DNA of 64,000 nt, taken from contig NC_081369.1 of the NCBI RefSeq assembly GCF_030684315.1, forward strand, positions 13,678,035-13,742,034, written 5' to 3'. This DNA comes from Stegostoma tigrinum. Taxonomy: Eukaryota. The first letter of the stretch is position 1, and every line of letters begins with the position of its first letter. The position numbers and the translations under genes are program-made. Under the pieces are notes generated by a model that saw only the letters and a program-made list of their open reading frames with translations, had not been told where the DNA came from and ran no database searches. This document shows, one piece after another, positions 38,481 to 50,900 of the stretch.

Positions 38481-39489
38481 CCAGTTAATGGAAGGGCTCT
38501 GGGGTGTGTTGCTGAATAAAGAGAGCTTGGGGTACAAGTGCACATTCCCTCACCGATAGAAAGGGTGGTGAAGAAGGCATTTGGAGCACTTAACCTTCAT
38601 TGGTCAATGAGTATCAGAACTGAGATGTCATTTTGAGGCTGTACAGAATACTGGTGAGGCCACCTTTAGAACATTGCTTTCAATTTTGGTCTCCCTGCTA
38701 TACAAAAGATGCTGTTAATCTTAAAATATTTCAGAAAAGATTTACAGGGATGGTCATGGGACTGGAGGGTTTGGGTTATATGAAGGAGCTGAACAGATTG
38801 GGGCTTTGTTCCCCTGGAGCATCAGAGACTGAGGGGTGACTTTACAAAGGTTTATAAAATCATGAGGGATGTGGATAGGGTGAATAGCCAAGGTCCTTTT
38901 CCCAGGTCGGGGAGTCCAATATTAGATGGCACAGGAAGTTTAGGACATCTGGTCGACATAGTTGAGTTGGACCAAAGGGTCTGTTTCTATTACTCCATAT
39001 AGAGATGGAGAGAGACACAGCCTGGAGGGAGGATGTTGAAGCTGCTCCTGAAGTTGATACATTTACTCATAGAGATTCTACTGCAAAATTTCAGCGCTAA
39101 AAGTCATTCCACCAGAATGAATATAATCAGAGCTTTGTATTTCCTCAATAAATAAAGTAGATCCATCTGATGAGACCCTTCGTGACTTAAGGATTGCACA
39201 TCATGGTCTGGCAAACATTACCAAATTAGTGCATTCTGCTCTCTGTATAAATTCTACAACATATGCTGCCAAGCAAAAAATCTACTTCAATATTTCCAAA
39301 AAAATTTACGATGGACTAGGCTGGAAATTAAAATTGAGTCACATCTATTTTGGAAAAGCAAATTATAAAGTAAGTTTTATCAGTACTAATCAGTCAGGGC
39401 TGGAATTCAACCAGGCAGGTTCATTTGAGGGACTCAAGAGGGCGTTATATAGTTATTTCAGGAGAAATAAGCCTAGAGGTCACACCACA

Positions 39490-39900
39490 CTAGGTTATAG
39501 TTGAACATGTTTATTTGAAATCACAAGCTTTCACAGTGCTGTTCCTTCATCAGGTGACAAAATAACAGTGCTCCAAAAGCTTGTGGTTTCAAATAAACCT
39601 GTTGGGCTACAGATAAAACAGTGTGGAGCTGGAGGAACACAGCAGCCAGGTAGCATCAGAAGATCAGAGAAGCTGACGTTTCGGGTCAGAACTTTTCTTC
39701 AGAAATTTCTGAAGAAGGGTCCCAACCTGAAACATCAGCTTTCCTGCTCCTCTCATGCTGCCTGGCCTGCTGTGTTCCTCCAGCTCCACACCATGATATC
39801 TCTGACTCCAGCGTCGGCAGTTTTTACTATCTCCATTGGATTAGAATCTGGTGTCACGTGATTTTTGATTTTGTCCACCTCGGCCCAACACCGGGCGCCT
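39490..39900. mobile_element. Nested Penelope-like pLTR fold-backs (two families)
   Basis: Inverted tttatttgaaatcacaagcttt / aaagcttgtggtttcaaataaa arms with cacctgatgaagga on the - strand, interrupted by a gctgacgtttcggg-type fold-back. Confidence 0.7.
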
Positions 39901-40763
39901 CCACATCAATAGAAATAATGCTTAGGGTTGGTGCAGATATGATGGGCTAAACGGCCCTCTTCTGCATGATAATAATCATGTAATTCAGTGAATTGAACCA
40001 GTATGGGTTTATCTTAATATTGCACTTTTCAAAGGAATATTTGAAAGTCCCAATCCTACAAGTTTAATATATAAATCTGATTGATGATCATTTTACCAAA
40101 AGAGCTTGCTGCAAGTCACCTCAACTGGCTATTAAATAGGACTGTCTTTTTTTACAATTTACTTTACCCTCCCCCCACCCCCTCTCTATCACCTCTCAGT
40201 CTCAACATTGAATGCAGCACAGCTTCTGGCCAATGCAAGCCCACTGGCTATCACCTGCACCTGGAATTGAACAAACCTGGCTTTTAGTCCTTCCCTGCCA
40301 CATGGGAGTCAGTGTTTGTGACTGTAGGAAGCTGTTATGAGGAAGGCAAAGATTTATTACAGTATAAATTATCAATGTAAGCAGATAACTCTCATAATGT
40401 ACAGACACAGCCTTTGGTTGAAAATGAGTCACATAAAAAAACCCCAAAGAACTGTGGATGCCTGAAATCAGAAACAAAGTCAGAAATTGCTGAGAAAACT
40501 GTAGCGAGAAAGCACAGTTAACGTTTTGAAATGTTAAACACGTTTTGAAATGTTAACTCTGCTTCCTTTCTACAGGTGTTGCCAGGCCTGCTGAGCTTTT
40601 CCCAAAAATTTCTGTTTTTGTTACAGATTTATCATTCCATTTTTGCCCTGTCTTGTCAAAGACAAGTCTACGGAGTATTTCACACCGTACAGGTTACCAA
40701 CAGCATGCACAAGTTTACAGTAAGGAATTCTGTTCTAAACCTCAGCAGAGTGTTTTTTTTCAC

Positions 40764-40833
40764 CTGTTTCCAAACTTGCCACTGTGCCGAATAGAAATCT
40801 TCTATCCATCGCATCATAAACAATGATTTCCAT
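40764..40833 (-). CDS. Atypical RBR E3 ubiquitin ligase-like gene, coding exon 1
   Basis: ATG at 40833, MEIIVYDAMDRRFLFGTVASLET, phase-1 donor CAG|GTGAAA. Joins exon 2 in frame and lies just downstream of the ISRE/kB motif cluster. Confidence 0.72.
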
Positions 40834-40893
40834 CGTCTCGTATTGCTGCAGAATATATGAATCTGAGCATTTGCTCGGTCATTACTGCTGTAA

Positions 40894-40974
40894 TTTCCCG
40901 TAGCTCATCTGCTTTCAGTTTCATTCTGTTGCAATGACCTTTGAGATCAGGACGGCTGGGAAATGGGACTCCCC
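40894..40974 (-). promoter_or_regulatory. Candidate interferon/NF-kB-responsive promoter of the RBR gene
   Basis: ISRE GAAACTGAAAG (- strand, ~40912-40922), GAS-like TTCCCGTAG (40895-40903), C/EBP-like TGTTGCAAT (~40927-40935) and kB GGGACTCCCC (40965-40974). All lie 60-140 nt upstream of the ATG. Confidence 0.6.
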
Positions 40975-42008
40975 ACAGATGTATGAACTTCAAACTGTTG
41001 CCTGATTGTGCAAAATATTCCACTGAGGTCATTAACAAAATAAAATCAACACTTTTTTTTACCCTTGTCAGCACCCAGCCATTAGTGAATACCAATCCAA
41101 CATATAAAAGACCAGGTTACTAATAACCAGAACTGGCTACAACTGAAGGGATTGAATCAGTTTTGATTAGTTAAGTGTTAAATTTTCAGTCATGTTGTGA
41201 AAGCAAATGGGAGCAATAGATATATGAAGGCAGGCTAGCAATAAAGGAACCACACTGTAAAGAGAATCGCAGTAGTCTTAAGTGGAATAAAGTTGATGCT
41301 TGTGAAAACAGTGAGAAAACAGCAGATAATGTGAAATGCATGGTGTAATATTTGAATAGAGCTGGAGCTCACCAGAGTTAGTTCACACTTTGTAGTGATA
41401 AGACTGGCTTTTCTCACCTACCCATGAAAATAAACGATCACAGACTTCATTGCCAACTCCTCTTATCAATTTGTCAGGTTGCCCAATCATATCTGAACTT
41501 TTTAGCAGGACATTCATCACATCCCCAATATTGCCAGTACATTTGAGTGAGTATGTTTCAATGTACCTCCTGTAGCTAGAACAAACAGCTGTACTATGCA
41601 GATGTGAATCAGATCCAAAGAATCTGAAAGTGGGCTCAGGGTAGGAAGCCTTGGGTTTGAGAACTTGGAATAAATTGTCAGTTTGTCACACCATTGAATA
41701 TATCAATTTAGAATGTCTTTAGTTTAGAAGCCACGCAGGTCGAAGGGAGAGCAGGAGAGACAGACCACACAAAGAGATTAGAGCTGCCTGAAGAACAGGT
41801 AGGCCAAGATTGTTGGGAAGTGAAGGCCATGCAGGCAGGTGAGGTAATGGTGATACCTGGAGTTAGGTGAGGAAATGGGAGGCAAGGTTTAAACTAGAAA
41901 CAAACAAGCAGTTTGTGCAGCCCCTTTAGTGCAGAGCTAACTTTTAGGTAATAACTCCCATTATCATCAATTCTTGAAGGCAGCCAAGGGGAGAAAAGAA
42001 AGGTGCAC

Positions 42009-42009
<1 letters not shown>

Positions 42010-42081
<72 letters not shown>
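42010..42081. repeat. (AC)36 microsatellite
   Basis: Perfect dinucleotide run. Confidence 0.98.
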
Positions 42082-42084
<3 letters not shown>

Positions 42085-42099
42085 GAGATATTTTCACTT

Positions 42100-43530
42100 C
42101 TGGACTCAGGTAGAGATGTTTGATTCCTGTCTTAAGGGTGTAAAAAGAATGTTTTATTGGACGGAAAAATTCACTCAGATTTGTGAATGAGCTAGAATGG
42201 TAATGATGAGGTGCCTTGATTAGAGGAGAAGATAGAAATGTAAGTGTGATTTATTTCAGCACCTGGAATAATCTATTAGGTCATCAATCAATTGAATATA
42301 TCAATGTAGAATTTCTTTGGGTTACAGTGAAGGCAAATTCAGATAAGAAGAATATTTAAGTTTGGATTTGAGCAATTAAGTTTTTGGGAACCATAGAAAG
42401 TAATAAGGAATATCCACAAGCTAGATACGGTCTTTGATAAACTGTAGGTTAAAGCTTTTAAGTCTAAATGGTAATGATTAGAGAATAGTAACAATTTCTG
42501 TCAGAGAAAGTAATTAAGCCAAGTAATCTGGAGGTGACTAATACCATTCACAGATAGACAGTAACATCCACATCATCAGGTGTGGTGGAGAGAAGAAATA
42601 GAACATTGAAAACAAATTTAAATGTTGGATACAAATCATCAGATAATGAGATACTGAACTCATTTGGTTTGACATTTATGTAGACAGTTAGTAAGTCTTT
42701 TGTACACGATTATGCAGTGTTGAAGGTGGCCTGTCACCTCAGTGGGAGGGCATATACAGCAGGAGACTGCAATTCAGAAATCAGTGGGGATCATTAGACT
42801 AGCACTAGAGGCAGTGGTTAAAGGACATCAGAAGGAAACATGGTTACCGTCCGATTAGTTAACCATTAGGGCAGATGAAGCAGCGAAGTACACAATCACA
42901 TTTAAACCTGAGCATTAGGTGGCAGCAATAGTAGCAAGCGGTTTGGAGAAAATAAACATGATACTTCCATGCAGGAATATAGAGGAGGAGTATGATGGAA
43001 GAACAAGATGTGATAAAAGGTGCTGATGGCATCAGATGAAGATGGCGCCACCATTCAGAGCCGCCTCATGAAAACATACCATGGAAATGCACACCATAGA
43101 AGTGAGGCCAATTTTAGGAGGATGGGCAGATGCTGGTTGTGGCAAGGATTGGGAAGAGAGAAAGCAAGTGACTGTCAGTGATACCTGGTACGTGCCTAGC
43201 CTAACCCAGAATGATGAGTGAAAGTCTACATGGCACACCAGCAATGGCCAATGGGGCCATGGAAGCAGCTACAATTAATTTCTCAGGGCCTTTCCCACTG
43301 AGTAGGGGAGCAACTTATTCTATGGTCATTATTGGCCAATTTATGGGATGTGTGGAAACATATCCCACGTGAGAGTGTTCAGCACCAATTATTTCTTGAA
43401 TAATGTTAGAAGAGGTAATCTTTATATTGAGCTAATCCTTATCTTTACAAATGGATTCACCTCAGAGAACACATTGAGTCATGAAGGAATACAAGGTGAT
43501 TACAGTGCAGCAAGTAATGAAAAATGTATG
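42100..43530 (+). mobile_element. Highly degenerate retroviral (ERV) pol remnant: RNase H and integrase
   Basis: VVKGHQ...ADEAAK (~42815-42890) and GPWKQLQL...YSMVIIGQF..VETYPT (~43255-43370) resemble RNase H and integrase-core motifs. Confidence 0.55.
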
Positions 43531-45451
43531 TAGAACATTGACCTTTATGTCAAGAGAGTACAAAAATAAGGACGTCTTGTAACACAAATATAAGTTATTG
43601 GTGAGGTCAGACCTGGACTACTGAGTACAGTTTTAGTCTCCATATTTAAATAAAAAAGATTTACTGGCATCAGGGGTAGGTCAAAAGAGATTCGATAGGT
43701 CAATTCCGAGGAGAAAGGGGTTAATTTATTGAGAATAGCTAAACCACTCTTCCCAACAATTTCACTGTAAGTCCCTTTGAAATCTTGCCTAATTCAATAA
43801 AACCTCTCCTTGCTCACTGTAGTGCCAGAATAAAGGATCACCAATTTAAGATTGAAATGAGGAGGAATTTCTTCTCTGAGGATTAAGAATCTTTTGAGCT
43901 TCTTGGCTCCCACCTCAGACAAGCTCATCAGCCTGTATTCTAGTTCCCTAGGTCTGCCGTCACATTCCATCCTGAGTCTTGGGATCTGATCCCTCGTAGA
44001 GATTCAGGCTTTGGACCACACCTTAGGGAGACTGCTAACTGCTCACCTCCCAACCTGGACTCCACACCTACCCTCAAGACTGTGACTATGGTTCTATGAT
44101 TCCAGATCTGTCCTTGGAGTTGGCCACATGCCAGAAAGGATGGGCTTCAGCACAAAACCTTGTACCAAGTTGGAGCCTAGCTTCTCCTTTCTTGTTGACA
44201 GTGAGCCCAGACTTGCTGATTAGCCTGTTAATGTATTAAGCATTTCTGTATGCATATGGATCCGAATTTTCCTGTACACTCCAACTGAAGACGCCACCTG
44301 AGGAACTTGCAGCAGAAGCCATCTGTAACCACACCCCACCTTGGAGCTGGGAATATGTAATCCTTTCCCCTCAGTCCTGGCTGAAGTCCCCTTGTGCCTG
44401 GTAACTCTCTACGTACAGATCCTCCTTCCTGCCACCATCTATAGAATGTGCAGTGTCAGTTTCAGAGCTGGTCACTGACAGTGTCGGGTCTAGTGTTCCT
44501 CATCAATTTCTTCTTCCTTTTGTCTTCAGCCTCCCACATCACTGCCTGGCCAAGGGGTAGCACTTGGGTATCTGAAAGGGGCAGTGCTCATGGGTAACGT
44601 ATGGGGAATGTGAAGGACAGAGGTGCAAATAGTTTGTGGGTTGAGCGGGATGTGGAATTTGGGAAGGTGGATTAGAATTACTGTGAACTGGTGAGCCCTC
44701 TGACTGTGTGGCTATCACTGGGCCAGCAAGAGGGGGATATACATCATCATCACTGAAACAGTGAGTAGAACTGAAACAAGTGGGGGAATGCTTTAACTTA
44801 AAACAAAAATAAAATCAATCACAACCAAAGTGAAATAAAATCTTCCTTCTCTGTTTGTGCAGTCTGTTGGTGTCAGGCTGGATGGAAGGGCCTTTGACAA
44901 AACTCCTTTTCTTGTGGTAGATCAGTTTTTTAAGCCACTTGGGTAGAAATTTGCAACATTCTTGACATCAATTCAAAATTCAAACTCCCTTAGAACATTC
45001 ATTCCTGACGAAGATTCTGGATCGAAAGGCTTTTATACAATTGGTCACTCAGTATTGGTCCCGAGTTCAATATGATTCCAGATGGGATACCCTGATATGG
45101 ATCTGTCTCGCCAAACATAACTTTCACCCAGAACTACCGTTCTTTCAACATATCGTGTCTACATCTGCATGGTGGCCATAGGTCAGTTCTGCAAATGGCA
45201 TTTTTCCCTTTGATGTGTTGCTGTCTGAAATTCACTTGATATCCTTTAGATGTGACATTCCATTGCTCCTCTCCAGATTCATTATCATTAACACAGGAAT
45301 TTTCCCAGAAAATTGCTGACTGTTCTCTTTCATCTTTTGCGTTGATGCCCTTTTTATTAAACAAAAACACAAGCTGCTCTTAGAAGTTCAAATCAATAAG
45401 TGATTTGGCACTAAATGATCTATTATCATCGCTGCCTCTTATGTCACTGTG

Positions 45452-45795
45452 GAGATGATGGCCTTGTGTTATTATCAGTGGACTTCTGTCATTCCAGAAG
45501 CCCAGATAATGTTCTGGGGATCCAGGTTTGAACCCTACCATGGCAGATGGTGGAATTTGATTTCAATAAAATATCTTGAATGAAGAGTATAATGATGGCT
45601 GTGAATTGATTGTTGGGGAAAAATCCATCTGGTTTACTAATGTCTCTTAGGGAAGGAAACTGCCATCCTTACCTGGTCTGGCCTATATGTGACTCCAGAC
45701 CCACGGCAATGTAGTTGACTCTGGCCTCTGGGCAACTGGGGATAGGCAGTAAATGCTGCCTGGCCAGTGACACCCTCATCCCATGAATGAATAAA
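45452..45795 (+). mobile_element. tRNA-derived shark SINE (same family as 33485-33838)
   Basis: ggtttgaaccctaccatggcagatggtggaatttga...cccatgaatgaataaa. Confidence 0.7.
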
Positions 45796-47139
45796 GGACA
45801 AATGAATGTTAAACTTGGATCTAGTTGAGATTACTATTTGCTTTTCACAGACACACTCATGTTTGTTTAATACATCCAAATTAGAACTAGCTTGAAATAA
45901 ACCAAACAGCTGATTTTTCAAAGAAATGTGATCTTGTCCAATATACACAAGGTTCCATCATTGTTTTCGAATTTTCATTTTATCCTATGGGCTTCTTTGC
46001 AATTTTTCCTGATTCTATTATTTGAAACAACCATTTGTGTTCAGAGCAAGTCAAATATCTGATGGTACAAACAAATTATGAAAAGTTGTTTACGATTTTG
46101 CCTGCTTGCAAAATAGTTGGAGGAAGTAAAACTAAATAAATGGAAGTGTAGGCAAAAACCTAGATTCCAGACTGTAACAGGATGTCATTGATGTTAAAGA
46201 AAGACTTCAAAAATTGATTCTGGCTGTTACTGCATTGTACCAATACTGTCCTGGGCCAGTATCTTTCAGAATAGCCATTAAACTGACAACATGTTTGCCT
46301 AACGCAATCCCTGTTTTGTTTTTGAAAGAGTTCAGGGAGCAGTTTGAACTCTCAGATTTGAAAGAGAATTGGTTAATTACCTGAACAGAAAATATTTGCA
46401 AAGATACAGCGAAAAGACAAGGAACTGGGGCATTGAGAGTTGCACTTGTAGAAAGCTGGCCCCGACATGATGGGTTGAATGGCCTCCTTCCACGCTGTAA
46501 CAATTGTCTGATGTTTATGATTTCATGGCTGAAGTTTAACTTTCAACATGATATTGATTATCTCGACAAACAGACTGTCTAGTCATTACTCTTTGAGATC
46601 ATGCTGTGCACAAATTGGCAACTACATTCCCTGTTATATAGCTGCTACTGGACATCATAGATGCTGCAAAGCTGCTTGGAACATTTCATCAAATGAACAG
46701 CAGGACATAAATACAAACTCTTTTTTTTAAAATACTGCATTCAGTTCAAATTGCAAGCTCCTGACCTGAAACTTTCAGACCATCTGAATTCTGTGTTGTA
46801 GAGTATCTACAGAGTAGTTGCAGTACTTACACTAATATTTTAGCAACTCCAGCTCTTTAGAGAAAAGCTTTGAAATAATAGTCCCACATTTCCTTCTCCA
46901 AGTATTTATTCTCATCACTGGCTCTCTCAACCCTATTCTGATCCTGCTCCCAACTGCACTAATCACTCTTGCTTATTGACAGTGCTTAGAACTGTTAATT
47001 TGCTCCTAATTTCTGGTTGTGAGGTAAATCCCTTTCAAAAGGCAAGTATTGTCTTTCTATTGTACCTTCTATTCCTTCAGACCACCATCCATTTCTAAAT
47101 GGTTAAACACATGGTGGTCCTCTCATCACCACTTTCCAA

Positions 47140-47920
47140 ACATAGACTGGGATTGTCATAGTGTTTAGGGGTTGGATGAAGAGGAACTTGTTAGGTGTGT
47201 GCAAGAAATTTTTTCTTTTTACTCAGGGTGTGGATGAACCTCCTGGAGAAGGAGCAATGCTTGACCTTCTCTTGGGAAATGAGGCAGGGCAAGTGACTGA
47301 GGCATCAGTGGGGGATCACTTTGGGGCCAGTGATCAAAATTCTTTAATTTTTAAATAGTTATGAGAAAGGATAGACCTGATCTAAAGTTCTAAATTGGAG
47401 TGAGGTCAACTTTAACGGTATGAGGCAAGAACATTCAAAAGTTGATTGGGACAGGTAAATGGGTGGTTGGAAAGTGGGAGGCCTTCAAAAATGAGATAAT
47501 GCGAGTCTACAGGTAGCATGTTCCTATTAGTGTGAAGGGCAAGGCTGGTAGGTGTCAGGAAAGCTGGATGATGAGAGAAATTAAGGCCCTGGTCAAGAAA
47601 AAGAAAGAGGCACATAGCAGGTATACATAGCTGGTATCGAGTGAGTTGTTCGAGGAGTAAGTAGCCAGGCAAAGGGAAATAAGGAGACATAAGATAGCTT
47701 TGGCTAATAGGGCCAAGAAGAATTGAAAGAGATTCTACAAATACATTAAGGGGAAAAGAGTAACGAGGGAGAGCATAGGGCCCCTGAGAGACCATCTACA
47801 AGACCATCTATGCGTGGAAGCACAGGAGATGGGTAGGATACCAACGGACTTTTTCATGTTAGTATTTACTTTGGAGAAGGATATGAGAGCTAGAGAGCAT
47901 GAAAAATAAAGAGTAATATC
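47140..47920 (+). mobile_element. CR1 ORF2 internal fragment
   Basis: LDLLLGNEAGQVTEASVGDHFGASDQN is the end of the endonuclease domain. Confidence 0.75.
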
Positions 47921-50900
47921 TCGATAAATCCACCTTTTAACTTGAAACTTTTATTTTTCTAGTTTATATTAAAAAGGACTGATGTTAACGATTACATTAT
48001 TTCTTTATTTTTCTACTTATTGTATGAAAGTCTGTAACGCTTAACTATTTAACTTTGTTTCTTTTACTACTTTGTACCTGAGTTTTTGTACCAAGGTACA
48101 TCAGTATCTAAGATGGTGCCATTTGTGACGACATTAGACACATTTCACTGTAGTCCTGTACTTCTGTACTTGAGAATGTGTGACAATAAAATCTAAATCT
48201 AAATCTAACCTGGGACCTGATCAGGTGTATGCCAGAGCTTTGTGGGAAGCTCATTGGCCACTATTTACTTTGTACAGGTTATTCCTTCAACACAAGACCA
48301 GGTTGTAATTTGAACCTCACACATTCGAGGCTGACTCACGATCAAGGGAGGAGCAGCTGAGTCACTTTCCCATTGCCCAGCTCACAGTTTTTAATCTTGT
48401 CGCAGATGGACTGCAACCAAATCCAAAGAGTCAGCCTTTGTATCTATCGGAGACGGAGGATGAGCACAGGTATCTGATACCATCCAATGTAAGTACCGGA
48501 TGCTGGATATTACTTCATTTCCCTCGATCCTTGATCTCCCCCTTTCTCATCTTCATTGTTGCTTCCAGTCCATCCTTCATCCTGCTCAGTGAATTGGGGT
48601 AACATTACACAGCTGTATTTTCTAACCTGTGTCCCATTCGCACCCCCCAACAATCGATTTCTCCTCTCGTTCCAAACTACTGCCTTCCCTCCTCCCTCCA
48701 AGCATCTTGTGATGCACTTTGGGATGTTTCATTGTGAAAGGTGCTGTGTAAATATCAGTTGTTGGTGTGTTGCCACCTCACCAGGCTGATGCTCGTTCAC
48801 TGTATCAGGTCATGCATTCTCCTTTTGCTGTTTCTGTGGTCGACAGCAGCAAAGTGTCTGATATCTGACTGGGACAGTTCAAAATATGGAAGAAACAGAT
48901 GGAAAAAACATTGTCTCGCTGACTGTAGCACACGGGGAAGGCTCTCTCTGTCAGAGTCCCATTTTCTGTCCTGGGAGTCAAAGGTAACTGCTGGCATTGG
49001 AAACACTCACAAGTCCATCTTTTTAAATATTCTTTCAATGAAGGTTTACATCCATGTAGTATGTGGCTTAACTGCCCATTATTTCAATACCCAATGCGCT
49101 CCTCCTCCAAACAGGACATTCACTGCCTGGAATGATCCTCTAAGACTGACACAACATTGAAGTGTGGCCCAAGTGTGGCTCACTTCATCAGTTACCTCAG
49201 TGATCAATAACATCAGAAGGCAGTACTGCCTTTGACATATTAGGATTCACCTCTTACTTGGCTCAACATTTCCTCATATTCTTTAGATCCATCAATGGAA
49301 AACTTTTCCTGTAGGTCTGTGCCCAGATCAGAATTTGAATGTTGCTGCCACATTTGTTCATATTTACTTGCAAATGAGGCTGATGCATAAAGAACTCATC
49401 TCCAAAATTTCCAGGAAAGCAAAAAAGCTGCTTATCAATTCGAAAGTATCTGCATAGGCAAATGTGTAGTACATATAGAATTCCTGCATTGAGCGTCAGT
49501 TTTTCATTGTCCAGGACCTGCAACCCACAGGTAAGGAGTTGCTATTCCTTTATTCATGTTTTTAATCTGTATATTTTTACTATTTAAATAAAGACTGACA
49601 AAGTAGAATGTGAATTGTAAACCAACTGGTTTTAATATATTGTCATTAACTTAGTCTTCCTGAATGAAACTGACCGACACTCGATGTTGTGCTAGGAACA
49701 TAAAGGGTAATTGTATATTTTTCTGCTTTTTGTAAATTTCTGAATATAAATATGTGGTTTGATACAATGGAGATTTTGTAATGTAAGGAGGAGAACATTC
49801 TTGGTGAAGTTTTTTATGAACCTCTGTCTGTGCACTGTTCATGGATAGCTGTACAGACTGTTGCTGAGTTTCTTGGTCTGTTATTGTGCTTTGCAGTTCC
49901 TTCCAACACTGACCCTGCCAGGGTTAGTGGGACCTGCAGGAGGACATCACATTGTTGGGGGTGGGATTGGTGCGCAACTTTGGGTGTAAACCTGGTGCCT
50001 ACCTGCTCTGTGTTTTCAGAAGCCCCTACGCTGCCCTGTGTAAGATTTGGAGTGAGGACTGTATGAACTCAGTAATACTCCTTCTACTTTCTGTGGATGT
50101 CAATATGACTCAGCCACATGGTAATCCACACTGCACAAAGGCTGGGTCTTCGATCCAGATCAGGATGAATTTTTGAGGACAGCAAATACTGATCTGCTGT
50201 CCATTTTAAATCATGAGTCACTGTGTGAACTTTCTGATACTATGGGAAAGCGGTCTCAATGCTATAGAATTGGAGGGTTGCAGTTTCTTGGTTCCTGGTT
50301 TTGTTTAGTGTCCCTCTGACTAGACTGATATCTGTGTCTCAAAATGATGAGGGTCCACTCTCCAATGTGAGTAATTTAGAGCAGAGGGCAGTGAATGTTT
50401 CTGACACAGGCTGTGGTGTGAACATGAAATGGGTGCACTTGAACTGTCCATGTTCCTGAGGTCTGACATGGACTTACCATTACATTTTGACTTCTATATT
50501 TGATATTCTGTCATATTGGCTCCCTGTTCAATTTCAGATAAATATCGATCGGCTCATTCTTCTTTGAACCGTGCATTGTTGCTCATGGACTTGCTGATTG
50601 TACAGACGGTACTTTAACTCCAGTTTCCCCAAGAAGATATTGCTGAAAGGGAAACATGTCAGTCATTCTGGTGTCATCAGTGCAATTTTAACATGGAAAG
50701 TGTTTGCTAAGTCCATCCTCCATATTGGACCCTTCGTTCCTGTCTGACAGTGGCATGGCATGAACACATTTCTTGGATTTTGTTTTCATTTTGCTGCTTT
50801 TGCTGATTACTCCTAACGTTTCTCATTCTTTGAGTCACTCAGCTATTGAGATGAGCTCAGCCTTTTTGACGAGTATTTTAATTGAGTCGTGGTAGTGCCA

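Larger units (their letters stand above)
34400..38990 (+). mobile_element. Older CR1 3' fragment split by the young CR1 (pieces ~34400-34458 and ~38481-38990)
   Basis: Left piece ends ...ggcaggacttatcca; right piece resumes ccagttaatggaagggc... and continues as the RT C-terminus (LVRPPLEHCFQFWSP). Confidence 0.8.

Noticed and set aside
41372-41565. Minus-strand micro-exon (9 nt) and 46-nt exon candidates
   Set aside because: Phases do not join the RBR frame; at most 5'-UTR exons, unsupported.
41894-42097. ORF with a (VC)n run
   Set aside because: Translation of the CA microsatellite.
44820-45400. Coding-looking unique sequence (78-aa ORF)
   Set aside because: Multiple stops and no identifiable homology.
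50477-50643. Minus-strand exon-like segment with a WGNWS (WSXWS-like) peptide
   Set aside because: Stops in all three frames and no companion exons found.
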